Source: Candidatus Levyibacteriota bacterium
Lineage (GTDB): Bacteria; Patescibacteriota; Microgenomatia; Levybacterales; GWA1-39-11
NCBI GenBank assembly: GCA_039738415.1
Contig: JBCLLY010000004.1
Span: 6,956-70,955 of the forward strand
Direction of reading: 5' to 3'
DNA length: 64,000 nt
Part shown: one piece after another, positions 26,158 through 36,387 of the stretch
How positions within the stretch are numbered: position 1 is the stretch's first letter
Layout: each line of letters opens with the position of its first letter
Program-made: the position numbers and the translations under genes
The notes under the pieces: generated by a model
Seen by the model: the letters and a program-made list of their open reading frames with translations, nothing else
Database searches by the model: none
What the model was told of the DNA's origin: nothing

Positions 26158-27849
26158 TCACTCTGTTCCGACAATTTTTATAGCCGGTTTTTTATCTATA
26201 AATGATATTTCATATAAAGCATCAGTGTCTTGCGGAAAACTTTTTGGCATTCCGACAAATAGAGTGTTTTTCAGCTCTTTATCCTTCTCCCAGTCTATCG
26301 GGCGGAATTCATATTTTTCAAATGAGCGATTTGCAATATCTATCTTAACCTCACGTTGATATTTCTCCGGAGGATATTTCAGGAAAAAAAGGTAAAAGAT
26401 ATATGATTGGTCAAAATACCCATCATTGGCAACAACAATTTTTTCGTACTCACTTGAAAGCTCTGTAGTCTTTTCTACTGCTTGTTTATACCCATACTGC
26501 CAATCGTGTGAAGCAAAATAATTTTGTTGTACAAAATACTGATTGAGGTAATATAAAAAATTAAAAATGAAAAGTAAAAAGATAAATATGATAATTAAAA
26601 ATTTAAAATACTTTATGCTTAATGCTTTATACTTTCCTCCAAAGGCGGACCAGCCTCTGGCTGGAATACTTGATACCAATCCCATCGCACTAATAAGCCC
26701 TAACGCTGTAAATATCTGCCAAGTCGGAAGGAAATTCAAAGTTCTGACGGCATGCGGTACTCCTGTCGAGAGAGAGGCGGGAATTGGTGCTAACAGAAAC
26801 CAGCTCAGAATAAGAATCTTTGTTGTCGTTTTAAAACGATGAAACAAAAGAGAATATAAGCCAATAAGAAGGAATGGCAACTCCCAAATATAAAGTATGC
26901 CCATCGCAGGAGCATGATGCCGCCCTATATCACCTTTTACAAATAACCAGTTGATATCCCAGTGTGAAAGATAATTTTCAACTATTCGGTTCGCATAGAA
27001 TACTCTTCTGTTATTAAGAACCTGACCGATAATGTCTCCGGTTTCTTTATTATGCTCCAATTCTATAACATTATTACTAAACTCCACAGACTGTTCGTTA
27101 AAGACACTCACCCCTTTTGCCCGTCCCAGAGTATTGCTATCCGTAACCAAAGAAAATACTAGAGGAAAACTAACTAAGATCCCAACAGTAAAAGCCAGAG
27201 CGAGATATTTTTTCTGCAAGGCAGCAAGAGCGCTAAAATAGATTACACAAAGACTCAGTACAAAAAGAGGCACAAAGACCTTTTCACTTTGGTAAGCATG
27301 CAGACTAAAACCAAAACTAATGGCGGAAAGCACCAGAAACCACGGGCGCTTTAAGCCTTTGAGAAAAAAGAGTACACCAAAAACATTTAATGCTAGCCCA
27401 AGATTTGCTTCAAATGCAACTCTTGATAACTGAATATGCCAAGGAGAGATGGCTAAAAGAAATGATGAAATTAAGGCTATATCACGTCGCCTAAAAAGTT
27501 CGTTTACCAAAAAATAGACTGCAAATACAGTAATAATTCCTAAAATTGCTGAAGGGAGTCTTACTGCAAAAATATTTAGACCAAATACAAATACTGAAGG
27601 AATAGCTATGTAACTGTACAACGCTGGCTTATAATCACCGAATGATTGCAAAATAATCGGGAAGACTTTTCCATATTCATCCCTTCCTGTCTGGAGAAGC
27701 GAATATGCATTATACCCCAAAGCTGCCTCATCCCAATTCGGAGAAGGTGGAACACTCCCCAGTTGCCAGAACCGTAATGCTCCTGCGAGAAGTACAATCA
27801 AAAAAATTAACAGAAACGATTTAATATTTTTCTTAATAAACATATGCAA
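26158..27849 (-). CDS. GT39/ArnT-PMT-like GT-C glycosyltransferase, paralog family B
   Basis: 563 aa. NWDEAALGYNAYSLLQTGRDEYGKVFPIILQSFGDYKPALYSY. Confidence 0.78.
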   Translation of the reverse strand: MHMFIKKNIKSFLLIFLIVLLAGALRFWQLGSVPPSPNWDEAALGYNAYSLLQTGRDEYGKVFPIILQSFGDYKPALYSYIAIPSVFVFGLNIFAVRLPSAILGIITVFAVYFLVNELFRRRDIALISSFLLAISPWHIQLSRVAFEANLGLALNVFGVLFFLKGLKRPWFLVLSAISFGFSLHAYQSEKVFVPLFVLSLCVIYFSALAALQKKYLALAFTVGILVSFPLVFSLVTDSNTLGRAKGVSVFNEQSVEFSNNVIELEHNKETGDIIGQVLNNRRVFYANRIVENYLSHWDINWLFVKGDIGRHHAPAMGILYIWELPFLLIGLYSLLFHRFKTTTKILILSWFLLAPIPASLSTGVPHAVRTLNFLPTWQIFTALGLISAMGLVSSIPARGWSAFGGKYKALSIKYFKFLIIIFIFLLFIFNFLYYLNQYFVQQNYFASHDWQYGYKQAVEKTTELSSEYEKIVVANDGYFDQSYIFYLFFLKYPPEKYQREVKIDIANRSFEKYEFRPIDWEKDKELKNTLFVGMPKSFPQDTDALYEISFIDKKPAIKIVGTE

Positions 27850-29464
27850 CCAATCTTATTGTGCCATCCGGCATATAAAACGTTTTTAGTATTCTTACAT
27901 TCTTAGGAACATTATCAGGTCTATTAATATAAAGAGCATCGTCTTTAACAGGCTCCGACTCAACGCTGCGCGAAAATACATATTTATCAAAACCCTCTAC
28001 ATCTATGAGTCCAAAAATATCTCTCCGGAGCTTTACAGTTTCACGAAACTCTTGCGGTGGAACCTGCAGATAAAATAGATAATAAATGTAGGCTCTTTCC
28101 AAAACTTCCGATACATAAATTGTCTCGTACTGATCCTTCACCTGATTTACATATTCTATAGACTCTTTATAACTATACTGCCAATCCTGCGCATACCTTC
28201 TTGGATAATGTTTCCAATAATGATATTGGAAGTAGAAGATGTTCCCAAGTAAAGCAAAAAAAATAAAAGCTAACAATACACGTCGGAAAGATTTCTTTGT
28301 TACCGCAGAACGAATAAAAAATACTACTGTTACAAGACCATATCCTACCAGGATCTGGAATGTCGGCAAAGCAGATTCTATTCGTAATGCATGGGGAGTC
28401 TCGCGGGCAATGGCAGCAGGAATTATACCAATAAGAAGCCACAAGGGAACAATATACCATTTTCCCTCCCGCTTGCGAAATAAAACAAACGCTCCTACAA
28501 GAAAGAATGGTAAGTCCCATAAATAGAGCTGCCCAACTTCGCGAATAGAGAATTTAGGATTTATATCACCGCTTATAAAAAGAAATCGTGGATTAAAATG
28601 ATCAAAATAATGTTCTATAAAAAAAAATCCGTAGACGAGTCGTCTATTATGGAGGATTTTGGACCAAATAGCGTTTTCATCATTTACAATCTCCTGATTA
28701 CTTCTCTCAAGCGGAATCAGATCGGTAAATATATTTACTTCCTGAAACCGAATTGACGCTTTATCAGATAATAAAAATGGCACGAGCGGTGCAGTAAGGA
28801 CAATTCCTACGAACAGTGCGACAATCACTTGCTTCTTCATCGCAAATAGCTGTCTATAAAAAATAACTGCCAGTAGAATAGCCAGTAACGGGGCTGCAAT
28901 ACGCGAACTATTAAAAGTGTATAGGGAAATAGCAAACGATACTGCTGAAAGAACAAGCAACCATCGCCTATCCGAAACTGCAGCAATAAAGGCCCATATC
29001 CCAACCACAAGGAAAAAGGTGGCGGCATTTGCTTCAAATGCAGCGCGGGAGAGCATAACATGCCAGGGGGAGAGAGCCAAGACTAATGCACTACTCAGAG
29101 CATAAAGTTCTTTCCTATTTGAATTGTAAAAAATTCTCCGAGTGAGAAAATAAGTTAAAAATACGGTACCAACACCCAAAAAAGCTGAAGGAAAACGAAC
29201 CGCAAAAGGGGTTAATCCGAAAATCTTAATGGGAATAATATCCAGATAGGTATAGACCGGTGGCTTAAAATCACCGAATGACTCAATATACGCAAAAGGA
29301 AGAAAATTTCCATGCTCATCTTTTCCGTCAATTCCTAAGGAATAAGCGTTATATCCCATAGCTACCTCATCCCAAGTAAGCGCAGGAGGATTACTACCGA
29401 GTTGAAAAAATCGCAGGACAAAAGCTACTATAATTATACTGATAAGAGCGATTTTATTATTCAT
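27833..29464 (-). CDS. GT39/ArnT-PMT-like GT-C glycosyltransferase, paralog family B
   Basis: 543 aa. TWDEVAMGYNAYSLGIDGKDEHGNFLPFAYIESFGDFKPPVYTY. 17-nt overlap with the next gene. Confidence 0.78.
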   Translation of the reverse strand: MNNKIALISIIIVAFVLRFFQLGSNPPALTWDEVAMGYNAYSLGIDGKDEHGNFLPFAYIESFGDFKPPVYTYLDIIPIKIFGLTPFAVRFPSAFLGVGTVFLTYFLTRRIFYNSNRKELYALSSALVLALSPWHVMLSRAAFEANAATFFLVVGIWAFIAAVSDRRWLLVLSAVSFAISLYTFNSSRIAAPLLAILLAVIFYRQLFAMKKQVIVALFVGIVLTAPLVPFLLSDKASIRFQEVNIFTDLIPLERSNQEIVNDENAIWSKILHNRRLVYGFFFIEHYFDHFNPRFLFISGDINPKFSIREVGQLYLWDLPFFLVGAFVLFRKREGKWYIVPLWLLIGIIPAAIARETPHALRIESALPTFQILVGYGLVTVVFFIRSAVTKKSFRRVLLAFIFFALLGNIFYFQYHYWKHYPRRYAQDWQYSYKESIEYVNQVKDQYETIYVSEVLERAYIYYLFYLQVPPQEFRETVKLRRDIFGLIDVEGFDKYVFSRSVESEPVKDDALYINRPDNVPKNVRILKTFYMPDGTIRLVAYVY

Positions 29465-29467
29465 AGC

Positions 29468-31213
29468 TTAACGGGAACTAATAAATACTTCACAAAACTC
29501 TCGCACCGATAATGTTTCAACCTCAAAATCAGAAAGCTTTAGATTTACCGGATAAGATTTTAGTTCGAAGTCTTTGCATAATGAGTCATTATAAATCCTG
29601 TATACCGCTCCACCATCTTTTAGCTGCGTAATTGCTTTATGACTTACAACATTGCCTTCTCCACACATGCTATCGACGATATACACCCCTTGTTGCATAA
29701 ATACTTTCTCATCTTTGTTACAAGGGACAAAGGACACGCCGGCTATTGAAGGAACTTGTTCTTTCAATGCAAGACCAATCTGATAACTTGTTGAAGTTTG
29801 GTACAAATTAGCATAAAAAATATGTTTCCTGAATTTTCCTTTTTGCTGGGGTGTTGCAATAAATACCATATCCTCCTTGCTCGATAATGAAGCATACCGG
29901 GAAAGAGTTCTCATCGGAAAGTCAAAGTAACCACCCACTGGATATTGAAATAAATATATTGATACAAAATTGAGAAAGGAAAGAAAATAGACAACACCCA
30001 CAGCAGCAATTCCTATCTTTATTCTCCTCAACCATAGTCGTGAAAACCAATCAACAAGCGCTACTATCCCACAGGCTATAAAAATAATCATTGGTGGAAA
30101 AATCATGGTGATATGAGGGGTCGCATTTCCAAATCCGCTTGAATGGATAACTTGAGGTGCAAAACCTAAAAGAAAAACTGTACCCAGAAACAGCAACAAC
30201 CACCTATTTTTTCGCAACAACCATAGAATTCCCAACACAGCAAAGAGAGAATCTACTACATAGAATAGTCCATGACGAAATAACGAAAAGAAAATATCCC
30301 CAGTCGCAAATAAATATGATGGAGAAAGCGAATCAAATAATTTAATCCCAATGATTCGCAAGAAGATGGTGATTTTATTTTCAAAAAGAGCCGAAAGAGG
30401 GCTAGCTAATGAAACTTTTCTTATCGCGTCAACTTGCTCAGCAATTTGCGGCGAAAAAGGGGTCAAAATCTCTGAAAATCTTGAACCATTAGAGGCATGT
30501 AATAATATGAAAAAACCAACCAAAACTAACAAGCTCAACACACACAACAGGATATATTGACGTAAATATTTACGCTTATTGATAACAAAATACGCATAGA
30601 GGACGATACAAAAGATAAAAGGTAAAAAGAATACTTTTGTACCGATATAGGAGTAAAAAGCCAAAACAAAAATTGGGAAAGATGAGAGAATCATCCATCC
30701 CTTACTTTTTAACAAAATCCACAAACCCAAAAGATAGAAAAACATTGCGGGGACCATCTCATACGACGTCCGTCCGATAAAGATAAACCATGGATTAAGC
30801 GCTGCTACTGCTGCCGCAACCAAGCCTGTCTTTCTATCTATCAGCTCCCGTCCCAGATAGTAAAACAATATAACTGTTCCTACACTCAACAGGGCAAATG
30901 TAATCCGCGCCGTAAAAAGAGAAAATTTCGTTAAGCCGACAATCGGATATAATAATAGATACGGTAACTCGGCTTGAGGCAAGATGCCTGGCGGATAGCG
31001 GAAAAGAAACGGATCAATCAGGCTGACGGTGTGAGTCATGTCTTTACCTGTAAGAAAAAAGGATTTCGCATTCAGAATATATTCGAGTTCATCAAAACTC
31101 ATCGCCGTTGGCACCCTATCCAGGAATAGTACGCGGGTTATAAGAGCCAAAGCCATTATAAGAAATATCCACCAGTTGGCTTTAACAGCCTTAAAAAAAT
31201 GTTTCAAATTCAT
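29468..31213 (-). CDS. GT39/ArnT-PMT-like GT-C glycosyltransferase, divergent family B member
   Basis: 581 aa. SFDELEYILNAKSFFLTGKD in the first loop, and more than 10 TM segments. Confidence 0.68.
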   Translation of the reverse strand: MNLKHFFKAVKANWWIFLIMALALITRVLFLDRVPTAMSFDELEYILNAKSFFLTGKDMTHTVSLIDPFLFRYPPGILPQAELPYLLLYPIVGLTKFSLFTARITFALLSVGTVILFYYLGRELIDRKTGLVAAAVAALNPWFIFIGRTSYEMVPAMFFYLLGLWILLKSKGWMILSSFPIFVLAFYSYIGTKVFFLPFIFCIVLYAYFVINKRKYLRQYILLCVLSLLVLVGFFILLHASNGSRFSEILTPFSPQIAEQVDAIRKVSLASPLSALFENKITIFLRIIGIKLFDSLSPSYLFATGDIFFSLFRHGLFYVVDSLFAVLGILWLLRKNRWLLLFLGTVFLLGFAPQVIHSSGFGNATPHITMIFPPMIIFIACGIVALVDWFSRLWLRRIKIGIAAVGVVYFLSFLNFVSIYLFQYPVGGYFDFPMRTLSRYASLSSKEDMVFIATPQQKGKFRKHIFYANLYQTSTSYQIGLALKEQVPSIAGVSFVPCNKDEKVFMQQGVYIVDSMCGEGNVVSHKAITQLKDGGAVYRIYNDSLCKDFELKSYPVNLKLSDFEVETLSVREFCEVFISSR

Positions 31214-31316
31214 TTCATTGCTATCAATTGTAGCACGATAGAAAGTGTTATTTCTTCGTACTGTAATGTTTCACTGTTAACTCCCCAAATGTTTTTTCAT
31301 TTTTTAGATTTACCCA

Positions 31317-31433
31317 TTATTCTTGTTTACTTTTAATCCATTTAGACTGAAAGTCAAGATTTCCATTGTCTTTTTGAATAATAATAAAAAGATTATCTGA
31401 AAAGGCTATCGGTTCCTTTACATTATTTCTTTT
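31317..31433 (-). pseudogene. relic of the C-terminal domain of a family-A GT-C gene
   Basis: The minus-strand frame reads NVKEPIAFSDNLFIIIQKDNGNLDFQSKWIKSKQE*. Compare SKLLFVIIQDDPGNKNYQNDWLKN at the C-terminus of 20127-21626. There is no start codon and a stop lies just upstream. Confidence 0.55.
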
Positions 31434-31456
31434 TCATTTCAGTTTGGGATACCTAT

Positions 31457-32176
31457 TTAATCAGTAACCCTATACTTTAATAGGGTCCAGAGAGCTTTAA
31501 GCCCATCCGTAACTGTTCTCAATTTTTTTCCTTCTTTGTATCCTCTTGGGATGGTAATAATAGGAACTTCGATAATTTTCATCTTCTTCTTCAATAATTT
31601 TGCAGTGATTTCCGGTTCGAATTCGAATCCCCGCGCATTAAGCTTCATTTCAGATACTGCTTTTCTGGGAAATAACTTATAGCAAGTCTCAACATCGGTA
31701 ATCCACGAACCATATAATAAGCTCGTAATCAGACTAAGAAATTTATTTCCCGTATAGTGAATAAGAAATCTCAATGTTGCTTCTTCCTTACGTAAATGCG
31801 GCAATCTTTTTAGTCTTGTACCGTAAATAACATCCCTTTTCCTATCCTTTATAGCTCCAACCAGACGAATGATATCGTGGGGGTTGTATTCAAGATCGGC
31901 ATCTTGGATAATAATGTATTCTCCCGTTGCATGCTTAATGCCCGTTCTGATAGCGAGCCCTTTACCTAAATTCTTCTTATGATGAAAGAGCTGGAATGAA
32001 CCCTTAGTTTTTTTTAAAAATTGATTTATTTTTTTTACAGAACCATCATAAGATCCGTCATTAATAATAATGATCTCTTTTACAACGTGGGGTATGGTAA
32101 GTTCTTCTATCATCTCAAGAATCTGAGCAACCGTTTTTTCTTCATTAAATACTGGTATAAGAATGGATACTTTCAT
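31457..32176 (-). CDS. GT2 polyprenyl-phosphate sugar synthase-like glycosyltransferase (DPM1/GtrB/ArnC-like)
   Basis: 239 aa. VSILIPVFNEEKTV, IIINDGSYDGS, and IIQDADLEYNPHDI. Confidence 0.75.
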   Translation of the reverse strand: MKVSILIPVFNEEKTVAQILEMIEELTIPHVVKEIIIINDGSYDGSVKKINQFLKKTKGSFQLFHHKKNLGKGLAIRTGIKHATGEYIIIQDADLEYNPHDIIRLVGAIKDRKRDVIYGTRLKRLPHLRKEEATLRFLIHYTGNKFLSLITSLLYGSWITDVETCYKLFPRKAVSEMKLNARGFEFEPEITAKLLKKKMKIIEVPIITIPRGYKEGKKLRTVTDGLKALWTLLKYRVTD

Positions 32177-32180
32177 GTTG

Positions 32181-34109
32181 TTATTTTACACTAAAAATAG
32201 TTGCAGATTTATTGCGGAATATTAATTTAAGTCCGGAATTTTCAATAAAATCTTGAGCTATTGGGTTATAAAAATAAAGATAATCTATCTGTTCATCCAT
32301 GAGGATATTTCTTGCAGTACGCGCACTGCCCTCTACTTCTTTTACAAGTGATCGTCTTCTTAATATTTCGGGGGTATCTTTTTGTCTTACGCCTTCGCCT
32401 GAAAGATAGAATTGTTTTCCGGACACCGCCTTTGCCTTTGAGGAGTATGAGACATGCGGTTGATTTACCATAAGTATCACTTCATTATCAGAAACAGTAT
32501 TTGAAATGAAAATGTAGGATTCCAACTCTTGCTCGTTAATACCCTTAAATCCCGATAAATATTCTACTCTCACATATTCAGTAACCGTAATAATCCATCT
32601 GGGTAAAATGAAAACGGCTATTAAAAGAGAAAGTATAATTTGCATGAACTTTCTTCTTTTTTCAAGGATAAAAGTAAGATTTAATGCTGCAGCAATACTT
32701 AAGACCACGCTAACCGGCAGAAGAAATTCCCATATATTTGCTCCCCCTACAGTTTGATAGAAAAACAAGGAAAGGATAATGCCTGAAGATATAATTGCGT
32801 AAAGAAAAATTATGTGAGGCGTTTCAAGAGTCTTTATAAGCTTTTTCAGGGGGAATAAACCAACCAATTGCAAACCAAATTGAATAACAAGATAGACTCC
32901 CGACATATATAACCCATACTGAAATAAACGGATGTGATTTGAATATTCCAGATAATGTCTCCATCGTAGCTCCCAGTCTAGCAAGCCAAGTACCGGTTGA
33001 GTAATAAAATTTCTTGGAGTTTCAAAGGGAAGAAAGAATAATCCGCTCTCTGACGAAATATTTGGAAAGAAAAACAAAGCGCCAAGTATAGATGCGAGAA
33101 TAAAAAGGAAAAATCTATCATATCTTCGTCTCCATAGCGAATATAGCCCATAGCCCATCAAGCCAAACATAAAGGTAATTCCCGTATATACCTTAAACTC
33201 GAGCAATGACGCAAAAATGAGCGCAACAGCAAATAGCATTTTTCTCGACATAACTTTTTTATAGGAGAGAAGCAGAAGAAAGCCGGTTAACCCAATAATA
33301 ATCGAATAAGAAAATCCTGGGCTATCAACAAACTTAACTCCACTATTTATCAGGGAGGATAAGGAAAAATCTAATTTGTTTTGCAAAACAACCATTACCC
33401 AACCTGAGGCATCACCCACAAAAAATAAGAAAAGAACTAATAGCCGTGTAAAAATTTTGGATTGATAAATTCTTCGTGAAATGCTTACTACAAGTAGTCC
33501 TAGCAATACCGAAGCTAAAGTGTAAAAACCGGCGAATTGAGTAAGAAGTACCGGTAAATGAAATACTCGGACTATCTCCGCCACACATAGATTGAACCAG
33601 TAATGGTAGTCTTTAAGTATTACGCCAGCCATTCCCGGTTCGTTGGGCGGAAATCGTAAAGCTATTTCCTGTACTAAACCCGCATGCCACAGATGATCTA
33701 TAGCGTTCACTGAAACAAAACGCATACCCTCTTGCGTATGAACTCCTACTTGGAAATAGGGCAATATTTGAGCAACAATACCTATTATTAATAAGACCAC
33801 TAATGGAAAGTCAATTTTTCCCAAATCCGGTTTTTTAATAGAAATTAGATAGTAACGATTCTTAATAAACAGCAAAAGGAATATAAGTAAATAGATATAG
33901 CTTAAAAAGCGAAGCTGCAATAGACCAAAAACATAACCTTGTAGTGCCCATAAAACAAGACCTACTACAATTGCTATGACATGAATGCTTTTACCAAGTT
34001 TTTTCTCTTTTCCTAAAATGACCCTTCCTGGAATATAAAATGCGGTAACAAAGGAAAGGAAAATTCCTAACAGATAGAGCCAATAAATAAAGTCCGTTGG
34101 ACTATACAT
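32181..34109 (-). CDS. large polytopic membrane protein (GT-C-like or polymerase-like, unassigned)
   Basis: 642 aa with more than 12 hydrophobic segments and a soluble C-terminal ~130 aa. It sits inside the glycosylation operon (8-nt overlap upstream, 4-nt gap downstream). I recognise no family signature. Confidence 0.5.
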   Translation of the reverse strand: MYSPTDFIYWLYLLGIFLSFVTAFYIPGRVILGKEKKLGKSIHVIAIVVGLVLWALQGYVFGLLQLRFLSYIYLLIFLLLFIKNRYYLISIKKPDLGKIDFPLVVLLIIGIVAQILPYFQVGVHTQEGMRFVSVNAIDHLWHAGLVQEIALRFPPNEPGMAGVILKDYHYWFNLCVAEIVRVFHLPVLLTQFAGFYTLASVLLGLLVVSISRRIYQSKIFTRLLVLFLFFVGDASGWVMVVLQNKLDFSLSSLINSGVKFVDSPGFSYSIIIGLTGFLLLLSYKKVMSRKMLFAVALIFASLLEFKVYTGITFMFGLMGYGLYSLWRRRYDRFFLFILASILGALFFFPNISSESGLFFLPFETPRNFITQPVLGLLDWELRWRHYLEYSNHIRLFQYGLYMSGVYLVIQFGLQLVGLFPLKKLIKTLETPHIIFLYAIISSGIILSLFFYQTVGGANIWEFLLPVSVVLSIAAALNLTFILEKRRKFMQIILSLLIAVFILPRWIITVTEYVRVEYLSGFKGINEQELESYIFISNTVSDNEVILMVNQPHVSYSSKAKAVSGKQFYLSGEGVRQKDTPEILRRRSLVKEVEGSARTARNILMDEQIDYLYFYNPIAQDFIENSGLKLIFRNKSATIFSVK

Positions 34110-35802
34110 ATTTTTTTATGATTGAATACGAACGTTTTCGAAAGAAAAAAAGTATGATAAGAAAAATAATGGCTAAAAGAGATATTATTTGAGCAAAAAA
34201 ACGTGTTGCTGTATTTTGAAAAACGACTCTCACATTATGTTCGCCAGGAGGAATTTGATACGTAATCACACCTCTAAAATCCGGGTTCTGGAATTCAATA
34301 GGCACTTTAACTCCATCAACATAAACACTCCAGCCCGGAAAATAAAAAGTATAATCAACCATCCGCAATGATGTTTGGGCATTTACCGTGTAAGTTCTGC
34401 TTGAATTTCTTACCTGTTGGTCTGTAATCTTGCCTTTTCCCTCAATTGTCTCAGATTGGGTAGTTCTTACCGGATAATCCTCAGTCTTTCCTGTCCATAC
34501 GGTATTCATATTGACGGAATGCAAATTTTCTCTTGTTGCATGATAATAAGCCGTAGGGTAATTCACGAAGTTCTTACCATATAACTGAGGAGCCATTCCA
34601 ACAATAATTACTATTAAAAGTCCTAGGGCAATATACGGATTCTTATACCGTTCTAATAAAAAGGCACAAACGATTGGAGGTATAAAAATAAACCCGGACA
34701 ACATTCTCCACGGAAACTGTATCAAACCAAATTGTGGTATTGCATCATAAATTGGCTTCGATACGGACAAGGTCATAAAAAGCAAAAATAATGCAACACA
34801 AATTAGAATCCAGAGAAATACTGCTTGCGATCTCTTAAAGATATGCTTGTGACTAACAAGAAACACAATACCTACTAATATAATTATTATCTCAAGAATT
34901 CCTGGTTTTATAATATGACCACGTGTATAAATGTCATTTGCAAAGAAATAGTGCCACGAAGGATCAATAAAGTTAGTAACAGTTAGAAATTGTTCTGAAA
35001 GAAAGTTTTTTTGTTGTCCAAAGTAGAAATATTTTTTTTCCAGAAAAAGAGGTATCAAATAATAACTTGCAATACCAATTCCGATAAGCATACTTAGCAA
35101 AGCGGCTCCTAACCCATACACTGTTTTTTTTGAAATAAATGGACTCTTAAAAGAAAAATAGCCCTCTTCCCAGAGAAGAAGAAAAAGGTATGGAATAAAA
35201 ATAAAGGAGTAGAGAAAAAGCATCATTGGATGGGTTAGAGCAAGTCCCGCAGTAGATAAGGCGATAACGAAAAAGAAAATATTTTTTTTCCTTACGAGAA
35301 AAAAATATAAGGAAAGAAGTATTATGGGAAGAAATATACCGGCGAATACTTCCGGTAATGCCCCCCTAATATAAATATTTAATACTTTATAGGGGGTTAA
35401 GCTGAAAAGAACCGCTCCAACAAGAGATGGGAGCCGTCCGGCATACAATCTTAAAAATGAATACAGCAAAAGACTGCTTCCAATTACTCCTATGGAAAGC
35501 GTTATTTTATAACTCAAAACCGGATCCTGAAGTAATAAATCTATCAGCGCTCCGACATACAGTGGTAGCTGATGGGAAAAAACTCCTACGGGTAGTCCAT
35601 ACGTTGCAAAATTATTTAACCAGATAACGGGGAATTCGCCTTGTCTTAGGACATCCCCAAACTGTGCAATGGATGTAATATGAATTAAGCCATCCATTGT
35701 TGCAGGATGACCTGAATTTAAAAATAGATCAAAAACAGTAAGCCCTGCTATAATAAAGAGTGAGAATAAAAAGATAAGTTCAGTTTTGCTCATAAAAGCC
35801 AT
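34102..35802 (-). CDS. polytopic GT-C-like protein, paralog family C (YfhO / PTPS-related-membrane-protein-like)
   Basis: First loop TMDGLIHI...LRQGEFPVIWLNNFATYGLPVG. C-terminal YFPGWSVYVDGVKVPIEF...PPGEHNVRVVF plus a terminal TM. ATG 35802 is preferred because tgtataat ends 6 nt upstream; the ORF-track start is a TTG at 35817. Confidence 0.65.
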   Translation of the reverse strand: MAFMSKTELIFLFSLFIIAGLTVFDLFLNSGHPATMDGLIHITSIAQFGDVLRQGEFPVIWLNNFATYGLPVGVFSHQLPLYVGALIDLLLQDPVLSYKITLSIGVIGSSLLLYSFLRLYAGRLPSLVGAVLFSLTPYKVLNIYIRGALPEVFAGIFLPIILLSLYFFLVRKKNIFFFVIALSTAGLALTHPMMLFLYSFIFIPYLFLLLWEEGYFSFKSPFISKKTVYGLGAALLSMLIGIGIASYYLIPLFLEKKYFYFGQQKNFLSEQFLTVTNFIDPSWHYFFANDIYTRGHIIKPGILEIIIILVGIVFLVSHKHIFKRSQAVFLWILICVALFLLFMTLSVSKPIYDAIPQFGLIQFPWRMLSGFIFIPPIVCAFLLERYKNPYIALGLLIVIIVGMAPQLYGKNFVNYPTAYYHATRENLHSVNMNTVWTGKTEDYPVRTTQSETIEGKGKITDQQVRNSSRTYTVNAQTSLRMVDYTFYFPGWSVYVDGVKVPIEFQNPDFRGVITYQIPPGEHNVRVVFQNTATRFFAQIISLLAIIFLIILFFFRKRSYSIIKKYV

Positions 35803-35829
35803 ACCTTTATTATACAAAAAATATTAACT

Positions 35830-36387
35830 ATGAGAAGAAAATTTATTATTGCTCTATTTATATCAATTTCTATAGCGCTTATCTTTTTTTTACAACCGAA
35901 AATATCTTCTCTACTTTTTTCTCAAAAAAGAGAGCGCTTATTACAAGATTTTATCGCATACATTCAGAAAGACAAAAATGTATCAATGAAAACATACTGG
36001 GAATTTAGAGAATTCTACTCACCAGGCACATTCATTTATGAACCAACTGGTCTGCGCCTTAAAAAATCCGAAACCATTCCCTCTTACGATATATTCTTAG
36101 ATCCATTTCAGGAATTTACCCCCATTCTCTTCTTCAAATCACCTCACTTCACAAGTATTGGCGGAATTACGGAACAAAAAAGTCTGTCATCGGCAGAAAC
36201 ATTTTCGATGGAAGAAATTTATATGAATTCAAGTAACGCAATTTTTTACAAGACAAAGGACAATCGAACAATACTGTTCATGATAAAACCACTAGATGAG
36301 GTCGTAATGGCAAATGGTTTTATTCTTCAAAACGAAGATATTCTCAACTCAAAAAAAATGTGGTTTGAGATAGCAATTATTCACTAA
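35830..36387 (+). CDS. hypothetical protein with N-terminal TM/signal anchor
   Basis: 185 aa with FIIALFISISIALIFFL. One of only two plus-strand ORFs inside the 37-kb minus-strand block. It overlaps the 3' end of the convergent GT2 gene by 11 nt. Confidence 0.45.
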   Translation: MRRKFIIALFISISIALIFFLQPKISSLLFSQKRERLLQDFIAYIQKDKNVSMKTYWEFREFYSPGTFIYEPTGLRLKKSETIPSYDIFLDPFQEFTPILFFKSPHFTSIGGITEQKSLSSAETFSMEEIYMNSSNAIFYKTKDNRTILFMIKPLDEVVMANGFILQNEDILNSKKMWFEIAIIH

